Assembly (NCBI GenBank): GCA_038326775.1
Contig: JBBQKJ010000004.1
Coordinates: 8,532 to 72,531, forward strand
Length of the DNA stretch: 64,000 nt
Direction of reading: 5' to 3'
From: Candidatus Geothermincolia bacterium
GTDB lineage: Bacteria; Actinomycetota; Geothermincolia; Fen-727; Anoxymicrobiaceae
Below the pieces are notes generated by a model. That model ran no database searches and was not told the origin of the DNA. It saw only the letters and a program-made list of their open reading frames with translations. Within the stretch, counting starts at the first letter, position 1. Each line of letters opens with the position of its first letter. The position numbers were made by a program, and so were the translations under genes. Below, one piece after another: positions 47,055 through 54,629 of the stretch.

Positions 47055-47716
47055 TGAAGGCCCTGCGCGATTCGAGGGGCAGGCAGGTTTCCACCTGGAT
47101 GGCGCTCCTGGTCGTGGCGGTGCTTATCGCCGGCGCCGTCTTACTCCAGTACTCGCTGGACGCCTCGGGCGAATCCAGGGCCGGCTGGGACGACAGCTCG
47201 CCGTTCGACAGCGCGCGCTCCCTGCTGGATATCCTGGGCGGCCTCAGGCAGTCGGTGGCGGCGAACCTCTGGACGAAGACGGACGATGTCTTTCACGAGT
47301 ATCTGGGTGGCAGTATCTGGAAAGAGAAGGCCATCTTCCCGTATTACTGGCTGATAACCAGGCTGGACCCTCACTTCTCCATGGCCTACGGTTTCGCGAG
47401 CTGGGTGCTGGCCCGCTTCGGCAACGTGGACAAGGGGTATGCGCTCGCGCTCGAGGGTTTGCGGTACAACCCCGATTCACCGCAGCTGCAGGAAAACCTC
47501 GCTTCCATATACTTCTTTTTCAAGAAGGACCCCAGGAAGGCGCGCTACCACATCTTGAAGGCGATCGATCTCACCGGCGACGAGCAGCAAAAAATGGTCT
47601 ACAGGAATTTCCTTGCCACCGTCGATAAGGTCATCGCCGGCAAGAAGAAGATACCCGAAGTGTCGAGCCTGCAGGACCTCGACAAACACAATGAGGGTCA
47701 CCATCACGAAGAATAA
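47051..47716 (+). CDS. TM plus TPR-like accessory protein (PilG/XapA-like)
   Basis: ITRLDPHFSMAYGFASWVL...LEGLRYNP helical repeats; 4-nt overlaps join the operon. Confidence 0.7.
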   Translation: MMKALRDSRGRQVSTWMALLVVAVLIAGAVLLQYSLDASGESRAGWDDSSPFDSARSLLDILGGLRQSVAANLWTKTDDVFHEYLGGSIWKEKAIFPYYWLITRLDPHFSMAYGFASWVLARFGNVDKGYALALEGLRYNPDSPQLQENLASIYFFFKKDPRKARYHILKAIDLTGDEQQKMVYRNFLATVDKVIAGKKKIPEVSSLQDLDKHNEGHHHEE

Positions 47717-47739
47717 TCGGGGTCAGATCTGACCCCGAT
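47716..47739. repeat. Perfect 24-bp palindrome, REP-like (GGGGTCAGA core)
   Basis: ATCGGGGTCAGA|TCTGACCCCGAT between convergent stop codons. Confidence 0.85.
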
Positions 47740-49130
47740 CAATAGCGCATGTACGAGTCCATGGCGGCGGCGGCTACCTTGCCGGCCCCCATCGCCTCGA
47801 TGACGGTCGCCGAGCCGGTGACGATATCGCCGCCCGCGTACACGCCGGGAAGGCTTGTGGCGAACGTCTCCGGGTCGACCTCGATGTAGCCACGCCTGTC
47901 GAGCTTCAGGCCCTCCGTGGTCGAGGGGAGCAGCGGGTTCGCGCGGGTGCCTATGGCCATCACCATGACGGTGCAGCCCAGCTCGAAGTACTCCCCTTCT
48001 ATCGGCACCGGTCGGCGCCTGCCCGATTCGTCGGGCTCGCCGAGCTCCATGCGCTGGCATACCATGCCCTTGATGCGGCCGTCTTCGCCGAGAACCTCGA
48101 CCGGGTTGGTAAGCATGTGAAAGACGATGCCCTCCTCCTCTCCGTGGTCGACCTCCTCGACCCGGGCGGGCATCTCCACACGCGACCGGCGATAGACGAT
48201 GTGGACCTCGTCGGCGCCCATGCGCAGCGCGGTGCGCGCCGAGTCCATGGCCACGTTGCCTCCGCCGACGACGACGACTTTTCCTCCCCTCTTGACTGGC
48301 GTGTCGTACTCCGGGAAGCTCCGGGCGAGCATCAGGTTGCTTCGCGTCAGGAATTCATTCGCGGAGTAGACACCGTTGAGATTCTCACCGGGTATGCCCA
48401 TGAAGCTCGGTAGGCCGGCGCCGATGCCGACGAAGACCGACCTGTACTCCTCGAGGAGTTCACCGACGGTGGCGGTCCTTCCCACAACGCAGTCAAGCAC
48501 TATCTCAACGCGCATCTGCTCGAGGTTGCCCACCTCGCGGTCAACCACCCACTGTGGGAGGCGGAACTCGGGGATGCCGTAGGTCAGCACGCCTCCCGCC
48601 ACGTGCAGAGCCTCGAACACCGTGACCCTGTGGCCCCTCCTGGCAAGCTCGGCCGCCGCCGTCAGTCCCGCGGGCCCTGAGCCGACTACAGCCGCGGCAA
48701 GCCCGGTGCCCGGCGCGCGGGCGGGGACCCCTTGGCCACCCTTATCGGCCTCCCAGTCCGCCACGAACCTCTCGAGCTTGCCGATAGCCAGGGGGTCGCC
48801 CTTCTTGCCAAGGATGCACTTCTCCTCGCACTGCGACTCCTGGGGGCAGACCCGGCCGCACACACCGGGCAGGAGGTTGTCCTGCTTGATGGTGGCCACC
48901 GCCTTTTCGACTGCGCCCTGGCTGACCTCCTCGACGAACTTCGGTATGTCGATGTTGACGGGGCAGCCGTCAACGCAGGTTGCCTTCTTGCACTGCAGGC
49001 ACCGGGTCGCCTCCGCCTGCGCCTCGGTGAGGTCGTAACCGAGCGCCACCTCGCCGAAGGTCTTGATGCGCTCGGAGGGCTCCCGCCTCCTTACCGGCAC
49101 CCGGTGGGGGATGAAACGCTTCTTCGCCAA
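47739..49130 (-). CDS. NADPH-dependent glutamate synthase small-subunit-like / NfnB(SudA)-like oxidoreductase
   Basis: RCLQC....CVDGCPV, CGRVCPQESQCE.KC, GSGPAGL, GGGNVAMD, AGGDIVTG. Confidence 0.92.
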   Translation of the reverse strand: MAKKRFIPHRVPVRRREPSERIKTFGEVALGYDLTEAQAEATRCLQCKKATCVDGCPVNIDIPKFVEEVSQGAVEKAVATIKQDNLLPGVCGRVCPQESQCEEKCILGKKGDPLAIGKLERFVADWEADKGGQGVPARAPGTGLAAAVVGSGPAGLTAAAELARRGHRVTVFEALHVAGGVLTYGIPEFRLPQWVVDREVGNLEQMRVEIVLDCVVGRTATVGELLEEYRSVFVGIGAGLPSFMGIPGENLNGVYSANEFLTRSNLMLARSFPEYDTPVKRGGKVVVVGGGNVAMDSARTALRMGADEVHIVYRRSRVEMPARVEEVDHGEEEGIVFHMLTNPVEVLGEDGRIKGMVCQRMELGEPDESGRRRPVPIEGEYFELGCTVMVMAIGTRANPLLPSTTEGLKLDRRGYIEVDPETFATSLPGVYAGGDIVTGSATVIEAMGAGKVAAAAMDSYMRY

Positions 49131-49174
49131 TCTTGCTCTCCCTGGATGTTTCGCGCTTCTGCGGTCGCGCGGGC

Positions 49175-49663
49175 TTAAAGCCGCTCTCGAGTCACTGTCT
49201 CCACCAGTGCGGTGGCGACCGCGAGGATCCCCTCACCCGCGCCGGTGAACCCCATTCCTTCCGTGGTCGTCCCCTTAACGGAAACCGCCCCGGGCTCCAG
49301 GGCGAGCGCGCCCGCGATGCTGTTCACCATGCGGTCGCGGTAAGGGGCAACGCGCGGCGCCTCGCAGACCACAACCGCGTCGACGTTGACAACCCGGTAG
49401 CTCCGCGAGCGGACCTCCTCGAGGACACTGCGCAGCAGATCGAGGCTCGAGGCGTCCCTGTATGCCGGGTCACTATCGGGGAACATCTCGCCTATGTCGC
49501 CCGCCCCGCAGGCCCCGAGCAGCGCGTCCATGATTGCATGGAGCAGCACATCGGCATCCGAGTGCCCGGCGAGGCCCTTCTCGCATTCTATCTCGACGCC
49601 GCCGAGGAAAAGTCTCCCGCCTGCTTCGAAGCGATGCGCGTCGATCCCTATGCCGGTCCTCAA
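49175..49663 (-). CDS. ispF: 2-C-methyl-D-erythritol 2,4-cyclodiphosphate synthase
   Basis: GIGIDAH, GHSDADVLLHAIMDALLGA, GDIG, KGTTTEGMGF. Confidence 0.97.
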   Translation of the reverse strand: MRTGIGIDAHRFEAGGRLFLGGVEIECEKGLAGHSDADVLLHAIMDALLGACGAGDIGEMFPDSDPAYRDASSLDLLRSVLEEVRSRSYRVVNVDAVVVCEAPRVAPYRDRMVNSIAGALALEPGAVSVKGTTTEGMGFTGAGEGILAVATALVETVTRERL

Positions 49664-50349
49664 CCCCCGCTCCTCTCGAGCAATATTGCCCGCGCCCGGG
49701 CAAGGTCCTCGCCATACGTCACTTTGATGTTGTCGCGGCTCCCATCGATGACCACTACGCGGCCGCCGATCCTCTCCACCAGCGAGGCGTCGTCGGTCCC
49801 CTCGAAGCGGTCGCGCTCGGCGGCGGCGTGCGCTTCCCTGAGTGCGTCGATCCTGAACGCCTGCGGCGTCTGGACAGCCACCAGCCGCTCCCTGTCAAGG
49901 GTGGCGGTTACGGTGAGGCCATCAACCTCCTTCACGGTATCGGTGACCGCCAGGGCGGTGATGACCCCGTCGGCCCCCTCCGGGACCTCGCAGGCTCTCT
50001 GGACCAGTTCCGCGGTCACCAGGGGCCGCGCGGCGTCGTGCACGACCACCACACCCGACCTGCTTTCAATCGCCCGCAAGCCGCGCCCGACCGACTCCCG
50101 CCGCGTCGCGCCGCCCTCCACGGTGGCGCTTAGCTTCGTGATGCCGAGCCGGTGCAACCGTCCGACAGCCCAGTCTCCGATACGCTCCCGCGGGACCACC
50201 AGCACCATGGACTCGATCGATGGGGCTGCCTCGAAAGCCTCGAGCGAATAAAGGAAAAGCGGCTTGCCCGAAAGCTCGAGCTCGAACTTCGGGATGGGGC
50301 TCCCCAGGCGGATCCCGCGGCCCCCCGCGGCGATGATCGCGAAGGCCAC
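49660..50349 (-). CDS. ispD: 2-C-methyl-D-erythritol 4-phosphate cytidylyltransferase
   Basis: AAGGRGIRLG...PK, VHDAARP, VQTPQAF, TDDASL, NIKVT. Confidence 0.96.
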   Translation of the reverse strand: MAFAIIAAGGRGIRLGSPIPKFELELSGKPLFLYSLEAFEAAPSIESMVLVVPRERIGDWAVGRLHRLGITKLSATVEGGATRRESVGRGLRAIESRSGVVVVHDAARPLVTAELVQRACEVPEGADGVITALAVTDTVKEVDGLTVTATLDRERLVAVQTPQAFRIDALREAHAAAERDRFEGTDDASLVERIGGRVVVIDGSRDNIKVTYGEDLARARAILLERSGG

Positions 50350-50351
50350 GC

Positions 50352-51413
50352 CTAGCCCTCCTCTGGGTCACCCTTGAGGTCGGTGAAAATCATCTTGCCG
50401 GCGGGTGTCTGCAGCACGCTGGTGGCAATGACCGCGACCTCGCTGCCTATCTTCTTCCTGCCGTGCTCGACCACCACCATCGTGCCGTCATCGAGATAAC
50501 CCACACCTTGCCCCGGTTCCTTGCCCTCCCGGATTATCTTGACGATCATCTCCTCGCCGGCCAGCACCACGGGTTTGAGCGCGCTCGCGAGCTTGTTGAT
50601 GTTCAGGATCTGCACTCCCTGCAGCTCGGCCACCTTGTTGAGGTTGAAGTCGTTGGTCACCAGTGGCATGCCGCTGACCTTTGAGAAGGCGGTGAGCTTG
50701 GTGTCCACCCCTACGATCTCGGGAAAGTCCTCGTCCGTCACTTCGATCTTAACGTTATCGAGGCGTTGGAGGGTATTGAGCACGTCCAGCCCCCGGCGGC
50801 CGCGGCTCCTTTTTAGGGCGTCCGCCGAATCGGCCACCGACTGGAGCTCCTCAAGGACGAATCGAGGCACGACCATGGTGCCGTCCAGGAAACCGGCCTT
50901 TGCGATGTCGACCACACGGCCGTCGATGATAACGCTGGTGTCCAGTAACCGCTTGCCTGCTCCTTCCCGGGGCTGGCTCGAGTGCTGCGCCAGCCCGAAC
51001 ACCCCCGAAAGCTCCGACCTCTTTATGTAGGCCAGGCGAGCCCCCGCGAAGCCGCATAAGAGGAAGAGCGCGAGGGAAACGACGTACCCCGGCATGCCGA
51101 AGCGGAAGAGGGCGATGGAGGGCAGCAGGGCGGTGAGAAAACCGATCAGCGTTCCACCTATGCTGAAGACCATGTCCGCGCCTGTTGCCCCGAAGGCCAT
51201 TGCCTCCAGGCCTCCCAGCGCGCTAGCGGTGTACCTGCCCAGCACGCCCCCGAGAACGTATCCGATGAGGAGCCCGAGTATGATGCTTACGATGATTGCC
51301 AACGCCTGCTGTGGGTTCCTCAGAATGTAGTTCTCGTTGAGCAGGACCGCGGTCCTGTATCCGCCGTATGAGCATAGAAGCATGCTCAACAGGCGAACGA
51401 CGACAACTACCAC
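50352..51413 (-). CDS. PIN/TRAM domain membrane protein (YacL-like)
   Basis: Four TMs, LLDTSVIIDGR, RGRRGLD, TNDFNL, GKEPGQGVGYLDDGTMVVV. Confidence 0.95.
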   Translation of the reverse strand: MVVVVVRLLSMLLCSYGGYRTAVLLNENYILRNPQQALAIIVSIILGLLIGYVLGGVLGRYTASALGGLEAMAFGATGADMVFSIGGTLIGFLTALLPSIALFRFGMPGYVVSLALFLLCGFAGARLAYIKRSELSGVFGLAQHSSQPREGAGKRLLDTSVIIDGRVVDIAKAGFLDGTMVVPRFVLEELQSVADSADALKRSRGRRGLDVLNTLQRLDNVKIEVTDEDFPEIVGVDTKLTAFSKVSGMPLVTNDFNLNKVAELQGVQILNINKLASALKPVVLAGEEMIVKIIREGKEPGQGVGYLDDGTMVVVEHGRKKIGSEVAVIATSVLQTPAGKMIFTDLKGDPEEG

Positions 51414-51473
51414 CTAATGGACCTCCTTGTATTTGCCCGTGCCGCACAAAGGCGATGGAGGCAGACAGGTCTA

Positions 51474-51965
51474 TTACCTCTGCGAGAATACCTCTTCCAA
51501 CATGCTTGTAGCTTTCTCGCTGTTTATGTTCAGCACGTAGACGATCTCGCTCAAGAGTATCTGCCGCGCCTGGCTCAGCATCCTTTTTTCGCCGGTGGAC
51601 AACCCCTTCTCGAGCTCGCGTATGGACAGGTTGCGCACGACCTCGGCGACCTGGTAAACGTCTCCACTGCGTATCTTCTCGCGGTTGTTCTTGTAGCGGT
51701 GGTTCCAATTAGTGGGCATCTGGCTCTGCTCCTGGTTGAGGACCTCGAAGACAGACTTCACCTCGCGCCTGGGGATCACGCTGCGGAGGCCGACCTCCTC
51801 GGTACTGCGCTCGGGAACTGTTATCCTCAAGTCACCCCCGCAGAGGCTCAAGATGAAATACTTGGTCTTTTCACCCTCGATGGTCTTTGTCTCAACCCCC
51901 TCGACTACACCTGCGCCGTGATGTGGATAAACAACCTTGTCTCCAACGTTGAACACTTTCAACAT
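51474..51965 (-). CDS. carD: CarD-family transcription factor
   Basis: FNVGDKVVYPHHGAG, NWNHRY, LSTGEKRML. Confidence 0.95.
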   Translation of the reverse strand: MLKVFNVGDKVVYPHHGAGVVEGVETKTIEGEKTKYFILSLCGGDLRITVPERSTEEVGLRSVIPRREVKSVFEVLNQEQSQMPTNWNHRYKNNREKIRSGDVYQVAEVVRNLSIRELEKGLSTGEKRMLSQARQILLSEIVYVLNINSEKATSMLEEVFSQR

Positions 51966-52111
51966 CTCCCTTTCCGGGCTCCAAGCCGGTTCCTGGCGTC
52001 GCGGCTTGTGGTCAAGCGTCCTTATCTCGGGGGAATCTTCGTATTTGGCTGTTGGTGCGCAAGCGTGTCGCGATCAAAACTCATCAATGCCCTGCACGGG
52101 GAAGCCCTGAA

Positions 52112-52140
52112 ATAGTACCACAACGAGTCCCAAGGGGCAA
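52112..52140 (-). promoter_or_regulatory. Promoter of the carD operon
   Basis: TTGCCC-N17-TACTAT with TG extension on the minus strand. Confidence 0.6.
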
Positions 52141-52164
52141 GAATGCCTGTATTATAAGGATTTC

Positions 52165-52193
52165 TTGACACTTTAGCGCCGATGAAAATATAA
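52165..52193 (+). promoter_or_regulatory. Perfect consensus sigma70 promoter
   Basis: TTGACA-N17-TATAAT, upstream of 52244. Confidence 0.85.
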
Positions 52194-52243
52194 TGACTGC
52201 GCTATCAGAAACGGTGCTCAACAACCTCAGGGGCGGGGTTTAG

Positions 52244-52648
52244 ATGACAAGAGAACTTGAGCAGACCTGTAACGAATTTCAGAAAACTGTGTCGCTGCAC
52301 CTGATCCGGCATCGCAGCATCCTCGACGTGATGACCAAGTATCAGGACGCCTGTTCGAGGGTCAACCGCGCGCTCGCCAAGTCGGTCACCTCATGTGGGT
52401 GCCTCAGGATCGATGCCGCGAAGCAGGACCTTCCCGCGGACACCTCCTTGAGCGAGATGAGCGAGTACGTCAAATCCCATCTCGAGGGCCACCTCTGCCC
52501 CAACTGCGCCGAGGTCATCGAGGAAGAGATGGGCAAGTCGCTCTTCTTCCTCGCCGCCATCTGCACCCTTACCGGCATCGACCTCCACGAGATCATCAAG
52601 AACGAGAACGACCGTATCTCCACGCTGGGCTTCTACAGCCTCACCTGA
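52244..52648 (+). CDS. Conserved hypothetical Cys-containing helical protein (Clostridia-type gene found between disA and carD)
   Basis: IRHRSILDVMTK...SVTSCGC...LCPNCAEVIEEEMG...LFFLAAIC; position and opposite orientation as recalled for clostridial genomes. Confidence 0.8.
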   Translation: MTRELEQTCNEFQKTVSLHLIRHRSILDVMTKYQDACSRVNRALAKSVTSCGCLRIDAAKQDLPADTSLSEMSEYVKSHLEGHLCPNCAEVIEEEMGKSLFFLAAICTLTGIDLHEIIKNENDRISTLGFYSLT

Positions 52649-52812
52649 CTATAACATCTCGCGTCAGGTCAGTTTTCTGCGTTATTCTCCAGCCGCCCCT
52701 TTGGGCTGGGGCAGGCACCACACTGACTCATGGGTAGGGCTCGGGACGCCTTTCGCCAGGGACACGCGTGAAATGGACGTTCCGGCGACACTTAATCCGA
52801 AAAGAATCCGGC

Positions 52813-53387
52813 ATGGTTAACCACGACCAGTTCATCAAGAAGTATCACCAGGCCGTGGTCATGGCCACCAGGAACCAGCTCGAGAAAGTCAAGCCGAAGA
52901 TCGCCTCCGAGTGGATCAAGCAGTGGATGGGCGAACTCGGGGAAAGATAACCGACCAGGAGGAGTTTCGCGCCAGGTTCGAGGAATTCCTGACAGACGAA
53001 CTGGGCTTCGCGGACACCACAAAGGTGAGCATCAGCAGCGGCGAGTTGACCATCGACGTTGGCGGCTGCGCCATCTGCCACGGCAACGAGATGCTGAGGC
53101 AGGCCGGGGAGCCAGCCATGTGCCCGATCCTTGCAACAGGCCTTACAGCGATATCAAGGGTCCTCGGCAAGAACGCCACGCTCCCGGGCGCCGACGAGGA
53201 AGGCAAACCCGTCGGCTTCTTTTTCGAGGGCGAGGGGTGCTTTTTTCCGAAGCCTTTCTGTGCCCAGAGGGCGAGGGGTGCTTCGATTTGCGAGCCTTAC
53301 GGACCTTCGAGGGCGAGGGGTGCTTCGATTTGCGAGCCTTACAGAGCTTCCATCCGCCGGCCGCGTTCACCCATCAAGCGGAGCTAG
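52813..53387 (+). pseudogene. Frameshifted V4R-like Cys-motif protein
   Basis: MVNHDQFIKK...GELG(ER*) in one frame continues as GKITDQEEF...GCAICHGN...MCPI in the -1 frame (break ~52935-52950); the 3' end runs into repeats. Confidence 0.7.
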
Positions 53388-53416
53388 CGAGCAAATCGAA
53401 ACACCCCGAGCCCCCC
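53226..53416. repeat. BIME/REP-like cluster: three tandem ~42-bp units plus one inverted copy
   Basis: GAGGGCGAGGGGTGCTTCGATTTGCGAGCCTTAC at 53267 and 53309, degenerate at 53226; inverted copy at 53388-53416. Confidence 0.88.
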
Positions 53417-54508
53417 CTACAGGTAGCCCTCCATTATGATGGACTCGGAGATGCGGTCCAGCCCTTCTTTGATGGCGAGCGCCCTCCGCTCTCCCACGCC
53501 ATCGACCTCGTCCAGCAAGGCCGGGGAGGCGCGCATCACGTTCTTGAGGTTCTCGAACCGCGCGACGACTTTATCCACCACGGATGGCGGGATGCGGGGA
53601 GTTATCATCGAGAGCATCCGGTAGCCGCGCGTGCGCACGAGCTTGTTCATGAGCTCGAGGGAGCTGCGGTAGCCGAGGGCCTTGGCGACGGATGCTTCAT
53701 CCATCAGGTCGTCCCCGGGTATGTTGCCCAGGTCGCCCGCCACTTCCTCCACACCCCTCTCGTCGCGGGGAACGTAATAGTCGCTGATCAATAGCCTTCC
53801 GAGCCTCTTCACCCCGACCATCAGCTCGTTGAGCTGGAGCCCCACCAGCCTTCCGTCCTTGCCGAGCTCGCTTGCCTGGAACCTTATCTCGTCGGCTATT
53901 CGCGCGACCATCTCGCTTCTCTGGACGACCCTGACCACGTCTTTCAGGGTGACCATGTCCTCTATCTCGAGAGTGTTGAGGTGGCCGTACTCCTTGTCCA
54001 GCCTGGCCCGGTAACGGCTAAGGGTCTGCAGGGCCTGGTCGGCCTTGGCCAGCACCAGGGGAATGCTCTCGAGTGTGAAGTGCTCGTTGTCCACGTATAT
54101 GGAGACAGTGTTCATCTTCTCCGATATCGCTATGACGACCGCGCTCTTGTGTCCTTTGGCGACCCGCTCGGCGGTGCGGTGGCGGGTGCCCGCCTCGTGG
54201 GTCGGTATCGACGGGTCCGGCACCAGGTGGACGTTGGACCAGTTGATGGTCTTCCGGTCTCTGCTGAGGACCACCGCGCCGTCCATCTTGGCAAGCTCGA
54301 ACAGCCGCGGAGCGGTGAACTCACAGTTGATGTTGAACCCGCCGGTCATTATGGGCCGGAGCTCACCCATGTTGCCTATTACTATGAGCGCGCCGGTGCC
54401 GGTGTTGAGTATCCTGTCGATGGCCTCACGCAACTCGGTGCCCGGAGCCACCTGCTCGAGCACCCCGATGAGAATCTCCTGCTTTTCCTTCTGCGAATCC
54501 GCGCGCAT
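53417..54508 (-). CDS. disA: DNA integrity scanning diadenylate cyclase DisA
   Basis: VAPGTELREAI, ELAKMDGA, GTRHRTAER, C-terminal HhH (LDEVDGVGERRA); ATG 54508. Confidence 0.96.
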   Translation of the reverse strand: MRADSQKEKQEILIGVLEQVAPGTELREAIDRILNTGTGALIVIGNMGELRPIMTGGFNINCEFTAPRLFELAKMDGAVVLSRDRKTINWSNVHLVPDPSIPTHEAGTRHRTAERVAKGHKSAVVIAISEKMNTVSIYVDNEHFTLESIPLVLAKADQALQTLSRYRARLDKEYGHLNTLEIEDMVTLKDVVRVVQRSEMVARIADEIRFQASELGKDGRLVGLQLNELMVGVKRLGRLLISDYYVPRDERGVEEVAGDLGNIPGDDLMDEASVAKALGYRSSLELMNKLVRTRGYRMLSMITPRIPPSVVDKVVARFENLKNVMRASPALLDEVDGVGERRALAIKEGLDRISESIIMEGYL

Positions 54509-54573
54509 GCCGCTCCCCGTTAAAAAGAACCACCAGGCTCGCCTGAATAATAACACGCCTGCGGGCGCGCTTG

Positions 54574-54610
54574 AAAAGAAACCGGGCCTCCGTTTCAGAA
54601 GCCCGGCTTC
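54574..54610 (-). terminator. Intrinsic terminator after clpC
   Basis: GAAGCCGGGCTTC-TGAAACG-GAGGCCCGGTTTC followed by TTTT on the minus strand. Confidence 0.75.
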
Positions 54611-54629
54611 ACCCTTGATCTGAGCGATT

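Noticed and set aside
51921-51929. Perfect DnaA box (TGTGGATAA), and a near match at 43468
   Set aside because: The perfect match lies inside carD codons (VYPH). The hits are isolated, with no cluster or dnaA context.
52930-52950. Programmed -1 frameshift in the V4R-like gene
   Set aside because: GGGAAAG is not in the zero frame needed for tandem slippage; an indel is more parsimonious.
53226-53350. Mini-CRISPR interpretation of the tandem repeats
   Set aside because: Linkers are ~8 nt, one copy is inverted, and no cas genes are present.
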